Shown here piece after piece: positions 37,801-52,800 of a DNA stretch of 64,000 nt; the stretch's first letter is position 1, and each line of letters starts with the position of its first letter. The notes under the pieces are model-generated. The model was not told the origin of the DNA, made no database searches, and saw only the letters and a list, made by a program, of their open reading frames with translations. The DNA lies in NCBI RefSeq assembly GCF_023055435.1, contig NW_025964377.1, forward strand, positions 496,001-560,000, read 5' to 3'. The DNA comes from Haliotis rufescens (Eukaryota). Position numbers and translations under genes: made by a program.

Positions 37801-40800
37801 TGGCGCTAACATAGAAGTAGTTGTCCTCCATGAAAGGAATAGTATCTGGGGTCACCTGGGTCAGTCTCAAAGAGAAAATGAAATAACATTGCCACACCAC
37901 TGGCAGTAGTTTTTCATGCACAATACACACAGGCAGGCTGGACGAACGATGAATTCTACATCGGCGCTCGGTGTTAGAATAGTGAATTGTGTGAGGAAAT
38001 GTTTCCCCACTGTCATTCTGATCAGCAACAATCCTTATACAGAGAATATTCCTCTATCATTGAGTCTATTCCCACCATTTCTATAAATCAACCACAAAAA
38101 ATAGGACTACCCTAACAACTTCTTACAATTTGAGAATGTCCTGATCCTATGCCCTGACAAAGGTGGGTCACCTCCAAGCCACCTTATCTCGATGAACGTG
38201 AATATAGCATTTTACGTGGGATCGCGCTGATTGTTCCGATATTGCAGTGGGTATTGATGGAATTGCAACCGAAGCGACATTTCTCCTATTCATCCACAGC
38301 TGAATGTTTGTGTGAATGTAGGACTATGAAGCTCCAACGTGTTACGAAGGAAGTTACTTCTTTTTTGTGTGCCGCCCCGTAGCTGGGGTTGTATGTCAGT
38401 GAAGTCGTTATAGCATGTACCCGGGAACACACCAGATCATACACTCCTGATGCGTCTAATGACTTTTCCACGACTTTACACAATCTGATTTTAACGTCTT
38501 AGTTATATATTATTACTTTCTGTTGAGTAAATGCAATTGAGTCCAAGATACAATGAGAGAGAGAAAGAAAGTTACTCTAATATCAGCAAGTGTGGACAAA
38601 TTTAAGTTTTCCTTTCCACCAAATGCAAAATAGTATAAATCATGTTCACTTCTGTTTTTGTGATAATAAACTTCATATATCATTTTTCAGACACTTCTTA
38701 GGTTTATCAATTATGAACCCATCTGAAGAATGTAAAATATCCCTTGCAACAACAAAGGCCTTTTTAGAAACTAAATCAAAATCTTTCAGGAACACTGTAG
38801 GGAGTCAGAATAATGACGCATATCCACTTTTTAGTCTCAGGAAAAAGGCCATATTTTGAACACGTTGACCTAAGAACTGTCAAATTAAAATCAGAAGATA
38901 AATTTAAGTGAAAAATGACACTGAAATCTTGCACCCGTAACAACACCCTTAACTCCCACAATCCCTTGCAGCGTGTCAGATCCACTACTGTTGTGAGATG
39001 CACATTTCCTCCTCATGATCGGGCATCATACTCGGAACTACAAAAACGTGTCTCCACCTTTCTTATTAGATAAATTTGCCACCAAGAACAGCCATGAAGC
39101 TTACTAATTTACAGAGAAAAAAGATAAAAGCTGAATAGCTGTGGACGTTAATGACAGAGTGGAAGCAAAGATACGCATTCCAATATTCGACTGCGGGACT
39201 CCTATTTTCTGCAAAGTTTGGATTAACAATAGACAGGCCAGTAAATCCTGTCGCTACACATCTTCGTAACCACCAATTACCAACAAGGCTCTGCCAACAT
39301 CTCAACAAAGCTAACACCCTTTTCAAATTGTTGGTTTAACATTTCAGTCAAATGATGGTCAAACTGTCAAATTGAGCCTTTGTGTCAAACTTTTTTTCTA
39401 ATTGTAGGTTTATATTATTTGTTGAAGATAACTCTAGTTCCAAACTTTTCCATCTCATATCCTACCAAAATGTCGAAATTATTAAAATGTTAAATGTTAA
39501 AACCAGCAGACTGAAGCAGATTTTGGTAAAAGAGCCATTGTGTCAACTGAATACCCCCTCCCTCCCTCATTATCCAATAGTGTTGATCATTGCTCAAACT
39601 TTCAACCACGTCATTGTACGATGTTTAGATAATTTGCTTAAACTATAAACCACATCATTGTACAATGTTTGGATCATCGCTCAAACTATAAACCACCAAC
39701 ATTTGCTTGGCAACCCCATTATATATCATCATCAGCTGTAATATTGCTGTTGTATAAAACATTTCCTTTCAACTATAATTGTCACAATTGTGTAGTTACT
39801 TGCAAAAATGTGTCAAGATTGGAAAGTACAATTGTTACAACTAATTCTGCTCAACATGAGATTCAAAATTGCTTTTCAAGAAGTAGTTGTTCATATTCTA
39901 GAAACACAAAACACTGCCAAGCACATGGACTATTTCAGTTGCCTCTACATCTGGCTGTCCAGTAAATCATTCTAACAATGGATTGACAATGGTAAAAATT
40001 GTGCGTTAAACCCGATGTCTAATTTTGTCTCAGATTTCGTACTTTACAGCAGCGTAAATAAGTCCATCAAAAGCCTGTCTCGTGCAGGGCTCTAATCAAA
40101 CCATGGCCACTTAAACTTGCAAACCTGGGCGGATTTGCTAAACATAACTGACCTTGAGCGAAACAATGCACATAGCCCTATAAACACACCCAGACAAATG
40201 AAAAGGCCGCCTTTAATAATACTCCACACCAAAGACAATCTGGACCTGAACTGCCAATCTGCGTGAGGCCCATCCCCAAGTTTCATGACATATATTCCAC
40301 AATGAAGTCAAATTGAATGGAAAGCAAAAAGAAACTGAAGATTAACATGGTTCATTAATTCAAAAATAGAATTGACAAAGTGATGCCTTTTGTCTTTAAA
40401 GTTCAATACAAAAGGCACAATTGGACCATTTTAAGATAAGAAATGCTTAAATCAGTCGAAATATTTCAGAATTTCTTGATTTCCTTAAAAGGGTGTAAAA
40501 GAAGTATAATTTGCAAAGCAATCTTGAAAGCTCCCCTCTCCTGCTCCTATGATAATTCGACCTTGTTGTGTGAAAGACCAGTCATGCACAGCCAACTTTC
40601 TAGTGCGAGGAGCCAGCTCTGAGGGCTATCTGTTTGTATCACCAGAGCGTGAGACACACCAGCCTATTGGGTTGCCAGCAAGACACATGTCAATCAAACT
40701 GCTATATACAACACTTCTATCAATCAGAGTAAAGCAGTAATGTGTTCATTTCCTAGAAAGGTGTTTGAAAACATGGCGTTTGACATTGCCAAGTTTGCAG

Positions 40801-43800
40801 ACAGGTTCACACCTTATTCTGTACTGAGGGAGGATATATAGTGTTGGATTGATGGATAAAAAGAGGGATAGAGGTGGATTGATGGAAGAAAGGATGGATA
40901 GAGAGGATAAGATGGAAGGATAGATGATAGAGAGAAGGATGGTGTTGGATTGAAGAAAGGAAAGATGCATGAATGACAGATAGAGTTGGATTGATAGATG
41001 GATAGAAGGAAGTTTGAATGGGTAGATTGATGATATTACAAATTTAAGGGAAAATGAATTATAGCTTGGAGGATGGAAGGATAGTTTACCTCGAAATATC
41101 AGAAAGATTAAAAAATATGCATTTTTAATTCCAATAACCACTTCACCAATTTCAGCAATTTTGTATGTGTACACGTGACAATGTTGAACTATCCACTGTT
41201 CGTGTTGTGGCCTGGGGTCCCTGTTGTCTACTGCTGAAGCTACTGAATCTATGTCTGCCTGCACAGCAACACTGAACACAATGACAAGGACCCCTTGACT
41301 TGTAACCCTCCATCTATGGACAACCCACAATCCAGCAACCCATGCTTGCCATAAAAGGTGACTATGCTTGTCGTAAAAGGGGACTAACGGGATTGGGTGG
41401 TCAGGCTCGCCCACTTGACCAATGCATGTCATCGTATCTCAATTGCATGGGTCGATGCTCATGATGTCAATCACTAGATTGTCTGGTCCAGACTCGATTA
41501 TTTACAGACTGCTGTCACAGAGCTGGAATATTGCCAAGCTCTGAACAACATACAAACACTCACTCCTTCACTCACTCATCAGAGAGCAAAAACATTCACC
41601 TTGTGCCTGCACAGTGAGATCGATGTCTTGTAACGCTGTGACGTGCTTGCTCATCTTGCACTGGTACCTGCCACTGTGAGACTGCTGCACATTCTTTATC
41701 AACACACTCCCTGATGGTAGCACTGTAAACACATCTGCAACAAAAACAGCAAATGATCATCCAAGAGTTGTGTGTCAGGATCCTCATCCCAACACTGAAC
41801 AAGTGTTTACTGACCAAATTTGAACACAATCTGAACAAATAATGTGGGGATAAAAAACAACAATTTTGAAAAAAACTTATAATAAATCATATATAAATCA
41901 TAATAATCAGGGTATTTCCAGAAACACGTTGCCATGGTTTTTGCCCACTCCCTCAGCTGAAAATGTGCCATTTGCTTAGAATTTATGGTATTCTTACAGA
42001 TCCCTGCCGATTTGTCCAGGATTGTACAAATTCCTCCTTCTCTATGATTTATAGAGGCATCATGCCCAGGATCGGATCTATTAGTTATAACACACACAGC
42101 TCCATCTGCTTCTGTCACTCAGTTGCCAACATCCGCTTGTAAGGGGAGGCAACTCTCCACACTCAGTTGACATCAGCTGGTGAGAGCACTCTCTAACTAA
42201 AGGAGGCGGAAACTTTTGGCCAAGGTATACTGGCAACGTGCAGACAGAAGTTGTCTGTGGAGATGGGAGTGAAGTCGTCAGCCCAAATTGTCTTGATTAT
42301 GAAACATTACCATGAACTGATGATGGAGGATGGTGTGCAAGCGCACGTAATTACAACGCGTAAATCATTATGACGATGCAAGAGGTTCTCATTAGCACTC
42401 GCACTGGAAATGTCTGTCACATAAGTAATGACCAACATCTGACGAGACACATATTCACAAACCAAACTAAACCCATCCAATAGAGTTCCAATTTTTCCAA
42501 TCTCTGTTCTGATTTGCCAAACTTCCCTCTTTCACATGAAACCCAGAGAGGATTGGATGAATGTAGGGCTAAACCATCCTTATCGCTGTATAAGTTCAAA
42601 TTTCCCAAGCCAAAGTCTCCCAACTAGAAGAATGATACCATGTGACATATATGCTCTGGAAGTCTTTCAGTAGTGTTTGATGATGATCCTACTTGCATCT
42701 CCGTCAATTGAAAAGGTACAGTCTGAACAGAAGGGGAGTGACACCTTCATGAAGACCTACACTCAGAAAACAAAGTAAACCTGTCATGATCACACCAGAT
42801 TTACAAAAATACATCTCAACAACTTAAATACTAAAACTATCATTTCCAAATAGCCCTCGAAATCTGTGGTGGACCAGCTGCTTTTTCAACACCAAACACC
42901 ACCCATTTATGACAACCCTCCACACAGACCAGGACATGAAAACTGCTTATTACTGTCACCCCAACAACCACCAAACACCCACCCATTTATGACAACCCTC
43001 CACACAGCCCATGACATGACAACTGCTTATCACTGTCACCCCAACAACCACCAAACACCCACCCATTTATGAGGACATGACAACTGCTTGTCACTGTCAC
43101 CCCAACAAACACCCACCCATTTATGACAACACTCCACACAGACCAGGACATGAAAACTGCTTATTACTGTCACCCCAACAACCACCAAACACCCACCCAT
43201 TTATGACAACCCTCCACACAGCCCAGGACATGACAACTGCTTATCACTGTCACCCCAACAACCACCAAACACCCACCCATTTATGACAACACTCCACACA
43301 GACCAGGACATGAAAACTGCTTATTACTGTCACCCCAACAACCACCAAACACCCACCCATTTATGACAACCCTCAACACAGCCCAGGACATGACAACTGC
43401 TTATCACTGTCACCCCAACAACCACCAAACACCCATCCATTTATGACAACCCTCCACACGGCCCATGACATGACAACTGCTTATCACTGTCACCCCAACA
43501 AACACCCACCCATTTATGACAACCCTCCACACAGCCAAGGACATGACAACTGCTTATCACTGTCACCCCAACAACCACCAAACACCCATCCATTTATGAC
43601 AACCCTCCACACGGCCCATGACATGACAACTGCTTATCACTGTCACCCCAACAACCACCAAACACCCACCCATTTATGACAACCCTCCACACAGACCAGG
43701 ACATGACAACTGCTTATCACTGTCACCCCAACAACCACCAAACACCCACCCATTTATGACAACCCTCCACACAGACCAGGACATGACAACTGCTTATCAC

Positions 43801-46800
43801 TGTCACCCCAACAACCACCAAACATCCACCCATTACTCTATCTTCTCTTGTTTCCTGGACAGAGCCCCCAGTCAGCCCACACCAAGTCACCATTCCTCAT
43901 CCAACTGACTTCTATTCAAAAGATGTTTTTCACAAGATCAAGAATCCATTTGAGAACATAAGTCTGACACCCAACATCCACCCCATTCGAGCGTGACCGA
44001 CACTGTATAAAAGACCCTGATAAGCTCAGCGATATCTACCTCCATTATAACTCTTCCAAGAATTTTTCAAGATAGGGGGCTGTGTATTAAGGGAGATAAA
44101 TGGATTGTCTCCCATTAAAGAACTCTCCTGCCAGGAGACAAAGACACAGTATGTTTCAGCATCTGTTGAGAAGCACTCACTGATGAAAGACGTGGGCATC
44201 CCTATGATGGATGGTGCTCTCGCCACCAACTAGAAATACTGTACGTTTCCCCACTCCCAACCCTCCTGGCAACAGGCTCCACTTGATAAAAGCTCCATTT
44301 ATCAATTGTCAACTTCTCCCCATGGCTCCAAGTCAAACTCCAAAGGTAGTCTGGCAAGGGTTGGAATTTAGATGAGATATTTTGGCTGATTCTGACAAAC
44401 CCGCCTCCAAGAGAGATGAGAAAAATTAGAAGCTGACAAAAAACAGGAGTCGGAGTAACATATTCAATTTTTCAAAAATACAAATTTCGGATCTCCCAGT
44501 GTTTTTAATAAAGCAGTTTCTCTGCTGCCAAAAGATGTCTGTGGGCTTCAATGTGAAAGATCTCTTTCATGAGTGGAAAAACACGGCCTATGCCACTGCA
44601 CTATATCTGAGTGATGTCATGTGTGTTCTTGGTACTCTCTATATTATTGCTCCAAGATTCCAAAGAAAACTGCCCTCAATCGGCAATTCACTTAGTGGAC
44701 TTCAGTCAAAAACAATACCAACTTCACACTTATATAGATGCCAGTATTAGGTTTCAGTATCAAATCTACTGTGAAACTTATTTTTCTTCTTTTGATACGG
44801 CCCACATTAAGATTCAGATTGAATTCATCAATCAACTAGTTTTATCTAATTGAGTGAGTTGTGTTTAACTCAGCTTTTAACAGTATTCAAGTTATATCAC
44901 GGCATGTCAGCTTCATGTGGGAGGACAGCCCGAAGCGATGCAGGTATAAGATGTTTACTATCTTGGTAAAACCCATGAACATGGGTATGGTGCTGACAAA
45001 CCTAGAAACATAATTGAGACGAATCAGGATTCAAATTTTTCATCTAAGATACTGTATGTTACATTCACCTGATAAAGTGGCAAGAGGTAGCTCTTAAACG
45101 CTGTTTACAAAGAATGAAGAAGCTGTTATCCATAAATAAGTGTCAAGTTTTCATGTACAGAACAGTTTTAAAGTAGTAAACAGTAGTGTGTTTTCACATA
45201 TCTAAGGCCAGATATATACACAATACAGGAAACTGTTTGGGTAGATAGCTATCTAATAAAAACAAAGTAACAAGATATATTGGTGAAAGGCCGGGATACT
45301 TAATATTTAATTACAACAGCATTTTTGAATGCCCTACAATTGAAAAGTATGATTTTACAGATGGCTGAATGCATAGGGATGTTTTTATTGAAAGATCAAC
45401 CAGGTCTTTAAGAGACTATCTGACAGTTATGAGATCTTCTAAGAGGCAAAATAAACAGACGAGATGGTCTCCCTATCAAACAACATAAAATTCTTATCCC
45501 CATATTTAACTCCTACTACAAATTACTGACAAGCATAAGAGGCTGTTTACACTTGCGGAACCACAGGAAGTTGTCCCTGGCCAATCAGAATGCCCCATTC
45601 TTCTGAAGCTGATCAAAAAGTCAGATGGGACTGGCTACAAAATCTGAATTGGTTGATTAAAAAGTGGGAATGGAAACTCCATCCTTTAGGACTGTCATCA
45701 ACAATCTGAGTGGCCATTCATTCTGCTGGAGATTCTGTAGGAATTCTGCCCTGGTTTCCATGGTAACTGACATGACATAATTTGTTTTGATTTGTGATAC
45801 TGGTGTTTGTCTTTGGTATGGCAGCTTGTCTGGGCAATTGGCAGACTGGGCAATTGCCCCCCCCCCCCCCCCCCCCCCATTTTCTCCCCCCACCCTCCCC
45901 TGGATCTTCCCAGTCCTTCCAAGCTGGCAGAGAGATTTTCTTCTTCTTCCCTCATCATCTCAGCCTGGCTACCAAGTCAGCAGAGAAGACAACATTTTTT
46001 GTCTACCCTCTTCAGTTTCTTATAGGCAAGTTTACATTTCTTTGAAATCTCTTCATTTTGCTCCAAGGACAGTTCTTTCATAATCTCTTCAACTCATTAT
46101 AAGGACATTTCTTTCATAATCTCTACATCTCATTCTAAGGACAGTTCCTTCATAATCTCTTCATCTCATTCTAGGGATATTTCTTTCATAATCTCTGCAT
46201 CTCATTCTAAGGACAGTTCTTTCATAATCTTTTCATCTCATTCTAGGGACATTTCTTTCATAATCTCTTCATCTCATTCTAGGGACATTTCTTTCATAAT
46301 CTCTTCATCTCATTCTAAGGACATTTCTTTCATAATCTCTTCATCTCATTCTAAGGACAGTTATTTTTTGTATCATCCCACAAATGTATTTCACGAGAAA
46401 CACAATGCTAATTAGTTTGATTGTTTGTTGTTTAACGCCGAACTCGGCAATATTTCATCTATGTGACGATGGTCAGTAAATAACTGAATCTGGACCAGAC
46501 AATCCAGTGATTGACATCATGAGCATCGATCTACACAACTGGGATAGGATGACATGCATCAACCAAGTCAGCGAGCATAACCACCCGATCCCGTTAGTCG
46601 CCTCTTACAACAAACATGGGTTGCTGAAGACCAGTTCTAACCAGGATCTTCACGGGTTGATCAACAATAATAAAGAGTGATATGATAATCTTTAAGATAT
46701 GCACTGTAGCCATTTATGTCTAAATTAGATGGTTTTGAACTGATTTGAAGGGTAAACATTCTACTGACGTACACAACTTGATACTTTTTGACATCATACA

Positions 46801-49800
46801 ATACTACCACTATTGAAATACACCATATCTATCAATATCTATATGTATCAATTTAACAACTATCAGGTGAACAGGTACTTGTAAATTTTCCAAAGAAAGT
46901 CATGACAATCAGAACTGCAGTGTCTCAAAAAGTTGATCCATTTTGGGAGCTACCATTTCCATGACACAGTGAGAGGAACAGAGTTACCTCCCTTCAACTG
47001 AGTGAGAATGCTTAGAGAACCTACAAACATGTTTTCTCCATGCTGTCAACTGCCATCAGCTGTTGTAGCTGAGTGAAACAGATAGGGACAGATAAGCCAC
47101 AATCAATTACCTACCGATAAAAAACAAAACTCCTGCTAAAGTAACAGATATTTCACTAAAACAGTTGCGTTTGGCTCTTGGTTTTGAGTTAATTTTCAAA
47201 GTTTTCTTAATAACCATCCAGTAAACCATCACTTATTGATAGTATTCTAGTACAGTTTTAACAGATAACTGACAAACAAACACGTCATTAATGAGTCTGT
47301 TACTAGTAAACATCAGAACAAATACATCATTTACCTGGATGTCAAGCTACTTGGTTCAAACACCCAGTTTTTCCCACATATTCTTTTAAATATCATCAAC
47401 ATATTTTCATAACACTTAACCCAACACTATGTATAAACTACTCAAAATAGCCATTGCCAAATATTTCAAAAAGCATCAAGAAAGTTTCAAATACTGGAAC
47501 ACTGATCTCGTTACTAAAAAACAAACAATGACTGCAATTTGAAAAATGTTCTCTCTGGTCGTAGATACATATCCCTCCATGACCTGCAACCTAAACACAG
47601 TTCTGTGTAAAGCCAATGGGGACAGATAGGATTTCTCACTCAGGTGTAGAAAAGCCCAGTTTTTTGACTGAGAGGGATTTAGAGCGATTGAGCCAGTGAG
47701 GTAGTTGTGTACTAGTATGTTGTAAACGCTGCAAGCAGGATCTATGCAAGTATAGGGGATCCTGTTTCAACGCCTTTCAACTTCTAACCCTTCCATCGAC
47801 TCATGCATGACTGTCAGATCAGGTTTCTTGGCAAAATTGGTGATAGCTAGTTGATAGGGAAATACCTTCACAGGCAAACCCTGCCTGTCAATCAGCTGTT
47901 GGCTGACCAATCAGTAAGCAGGACGAGCTGGGGTGTGGGGAGTCTGGGCTATGTTGTGTTTTAATGTGTTTGAGGGAAAACAGAGAAATTGGATGAAATT
48001 GACTCAGCTTTAAACCTTGCTGACGGTTCTCTGTAACAAGGTTTAAACTGAATGAAGTCAAGTACTATGTCAATACTTTGTAAAAGTCTCACAAAAGTGG
48101 GAAGATAAGATAAGATAAGATGATATTTATTGCAGAAACATTCCATTATGGGACAGATGCATTTTTTAAAATTAACAAAACATTATGATACATACATACA
48201 GACAGACAGACAGACAGACAGAACAGAACAGAAACCAATCAATATTACATACGGTATTTGATGATATTGTAAATATCTTGTTTTCATGTCTGTGAACATT
48301 TACATTGTGTGTGCATAATTTTCCAAAGCGTATATTTCTTTCTTGAGTGTGTTTAGTACAGTGAAGTAGGTAGAGTTTTTCATCATCAATGGTTGAACAT
48401 GTAGAGCATAGTCTCTGGTGTAGTGGGGTGGGTGATATAGTTAATTTATGGTTACTTAATCTTAGTTTAGAAAAGTGCATTCGATATTTTCTTACTTTAC
48501 AGTGACTGAGATAGGGTTCTAATTTTATATCATTTTTAACTATCCTGTATGTCCTAAGTTTGTTTCCTGTGCCTCTGGTTGCCATTTGAGGCTTCAGTGT
48601 GTTGACCCATGTTTCCAGTAACAGAAAGAGAAGAGTGTTTCCCTGAGGAGTGAACTTGGTGTTCTGGAAGCAAGGTGGCTTCATGTTTGTTGTACAGGGT
48701 GGCTCTTGGAACTGCTGGTTTACATTTATATATTCCCAAGTTTGTAACTAAAAGTATATACCGTCCAGTCCAGTTAATCTGATTGGTTGGTTGCATTTGA
48801 TCATATCAGAGTAGCGAGTATGTCAGATAAACAAAATTAAGAAGTATCAACTTTCGTGATTGAAAATTGGTAAACTACAAACAATACAAACATGTAATTA
48901 AATTTATTTTTTTTAAATTAAAAATTCATATTTTTACGTTATATTGTTATCGGAATATGTTTTCTTATCATGCAACCTCTAAATCTCAACACAAAACAAC
49001 TGTTAAGGGCTGTATGACTTATTCAAGATACTTTAAAAAGCGTAGTCTGGAATGGATGTCACCAGTTGGAAACGTGTTGCAAAGCTCAAGAAAGTTGTTT
49101 CTTAATGGCTAATGTCGACTTCCTGTTAGTCATTTCATTGGTCAGTCAAAGTTCGCAGAAGGTCGTTCTGACGTGACCTGTAATGAGATAGCAAGAACTT
49201 ATACTTGATTTTAAAGAGATTGAGGTAATCTAAGCATGGGATTAATCCTGTTTTGTTTACTTAAAGCATTAATTGTTTATTGTTACAAGTTTATCTCTTC
49301 AGCCATTGTAGTATGCAACCACTAGCCGACTCGACTCACATCAAAATTCGGGGCTGTGTACTCAAGGGGAGATGACCACGGAGTAGGCTGATCAATGTTA
49401 GATAAAGTTATCTTATTTAAAAATAAATATCTACAAAAGTTATCTTATTTAAAAATAAATATCTACAAAATAAAAAGTAATCCAAAAGGAGCCCAGAACG
49501 ATGCTTAATTCAGGATCTAGAGCTAGACTTGCCAAATCATTCTAGACTGGAGTTGGATTAAATTATAATTTATTAATAATGCATTGATCAGAAATGGAGA
49601 ATCATTTGTTTTGTTCATGGGTCATGTGACCAAGGCTTAGTTGTGGCAATGGGAAACTGCCATACACTGATAAACAGTCCCAAACTAGGTTTGGCCTAAA
49701 CCTAACCACAGTGTTTTCATTAGGAAACAAAATACACCCAAACTAATTTTCTGATCATAATGAACTTACGAAAATTCTCATCAGCAAATTAATCTTTAAA

Positions 49801-52800
49801 AAATAACTAGCACCGCGCCATCTGTAGGTTGTTTTTTCCTGCACCCTCTCTATGATAGATGCACACATCAAGGCCCCCAAACAGATGGCAACATAGAGAA
49901 GTAGGCAGATTTGTCATCCATCACCAAACACTGTGAAGCCAGCGACTCTCCTCAAATCCCAAAGCACTAAATATGAAAATCATATTTCTGGGTCATAGGT
50001 TTTAACTCCAGTTTCCCCATCAGCCAAACGTGATGACTCTCGATGTGAAGAGCGTAGGGATTTTGAGCTCGCTGATACCAAACTTCCATGTTTTAAGTGT
50101 TGGGCGAGGTTTTGGCTCATTACCCATGTACAGGCCCACATGTTTCCATTGGGAACGGGAGGGATTCGGTTTCCTATCCTCTTTCTTGCTTCGTTAGTTT
50201 GTGCCGGTACATAATTAAAAGAATATCATAAGGTTCTTCCAGTGCTTCATCTCTGTTAAAGCCACATTGCCATATTGGAAACATTGGCATATTTGAAAAC
50301 AACCAAGTTTCTTGTTTGTGGATGAGCTCAGATCATCACCTCAGATCGGAGGGATTAACAGTTGTTGCAAATGAGGTGGTACATATTTGAAAACAACCAA
50401 GTTTCTTGTTTGTGGATGAGCTCAGATCTTCACCTCAAATCGGAGGGATTATAACAGTTGTTGCAAATGAGATGGTACAGACTTGAAAACACCAGTGTTT
50501 GTTTCTTGATGACCTCAGAACATCACCTCATATTTGAGGGATTGACAGTTTTTGAATGAGATAAGGGTAACCCTTACAAGTCACTTGGTGACATTGTCTC
50601 TCTTAAACCACAAATGGTGTATGAATCTATCCATATACCTCTCATCAGATATGTATTTTAAAGTGAGAAGGGTGGTCTGGTAGCCTTGTGATTAAAGCAT
50701 TTCCTCATTTTAAAATGAGTGAGTGAGCTTAATGTTGCTTTGACCAGTATTTTATTTATATCAAAACATAGAAGTTATGCAGATCACTCATGTTTAACTC
50801 TTAGTGGAAATCTGCAAGCATTTGAATATTGATTTTAGTGATATGCAAACAATCGACATTCAGACTCAAATACCATTTTAACACCAACTTTACACATTGA
50901 ACCAGGATCTGGTGGTCAAATCCCACACTGATTATAACCCTTGGTCTATCTGTAATATTCAAACGTTTATTAGTTTCAGCAAATAGGGAAATATTAAAGA
51001 GAATGTACATTTTTAAGAAAAGTATTCTTCTAACAACTAATTGTACATGATAAATGAATTAAGAAGTCAAAATCTCATCACATGCACTTACAATACATGT
51101 CATTTTCTTCATCCAAGTCATTTTTACTTTGGGATTCTCATGAAAGCTATCAAGTTTCAAAGGCAAGACAGCCTTTTTTCAACCATAACAGATTCTAATC
51201 ACTAAAATGTTTACTCAGTGTTGCCATGGAAACTGATAGTTACTCAAAATGTTTGATTACAGACAAGACAACTATCCGTTGAAACTGACATTAAAACAGA
51301 AATGACAGAAAACAACCCAATTTGATTAAGTCATATGTTCTAGCTTTGTATCAGATAGTATTGTCACTATTACTGAACAAGTATTCAACAATCAAAGAGA
51401 TGTAAATTGTCTGTCTGGGGTTGGAAAATCCGGTGTTTAAACGTCCACGGTTCATACTGCATGTCTACTCCCAAATATATTAGTTACACATCACTTTGCT
51501 TGGATAGATCTAATTATATAATCATCAACATTGTCCGACCATTATTTTCACATTTAACTAAAACTGTTAAAATGGTGATAGTTTCCCCAGAACACATTAA
51601 ATATGGGTTCACAGAGAGAGTATAGTCAACATGTACACAATATGTACTGGCACACGGTACAACACGTATCATGCAGTGGAACCAAATTGTTTCCTCTCCA
51701 AGACGCAAGCACCAAGAGAACCTCTAATACTGTGTGATATCATTATTTATACAACATGACATGCTTCAAGGACTATTTACATTGAATAGTGATGGTGTAA
51801 ATAAAAACACATGTTAGGGGCTCATAGTTTGTAAAGAGCAACCCATAAATCAGTGTTATCTATGTAGGAACCACTTCAAAGCTTCATGGAGGATGGGTGA
51901 TATTCAGTGAATGTGTACATAGCAGAACAGGGGTGGGTGGGGACAGAAGGTTGGAGGGTGAGGGAAAATTGTAGTTGGGGGTGGGGAAAGGGGTGGAAAC
52001 TGAAAATTGGACGGTTGGGGAGAGCAGGTTTGAGGGTGAAGGAAATCTGTAGGAGATGGGGAAGGGGGTGGGGGAGGTCAGTTTAGAGGAAATCCATAGA
52101 AGGGGTGGGGAAGGGGTTGGAATCGGACAACAAGTGCTTGTGACTTTACAGCAATGTATGGGCTGTATGTCTCTCTGTTTCCAATAACTTGATCCTACAA
52201 CATTCAAGTTTTCTTAAACCATCATCAGGTTCTGTTGTGAGACATTTTGATATTCAAAATATGTTCCTAACTGACAACTTGTTTCAAACTGCAAATCTCC
52301 TTCTGACACTTCCAACTTATTCCCTAACCAGCAAATCCCCTGATTCTGTGATTTTGTGATCACATCCCATAAAGCTTTGCCCCAATATCTCTCATGCTCT
52401 GAGGAGCTGGTATCAGACATTCAATCTGGGCCCAACTTAAAAATCTGTTTTTGATCTCAGGGGCAATAAGTGAAGTGAAAATCTTGCTAAGCGTTCCATC
52501 AAAAACATGCAATCTGTTTCACAATCTACAGTGCAGGAAAAAGATCTGGTCCTAGTCAAACACCCTGCTATATCTACCCCCTGCTTGTTATGACCTGATA
52601 GGCAGTAGACATGCCAGTCAATGCAGGTCTTGTCATGACCTGATAGACAGTAGACATACCAGTAAGTGCAGGTCTTGCCATGACCTGATAGACAGTAGAC
52701 ATGCCAGTCAGTGCAGGTCTTGCCATGACCTGATAGACAGTAGACATGCCAGCCAGTGCAGGTCTTGCCATGACCTGATAGGTAGTAGACATGCCAGTCA

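Noticed and set aside
40746-41432. 228-aa minus-strand ORF
   Set aside because: Starts in a family B copy and runs through purine-rich low-complexity DNA; no domain signature.
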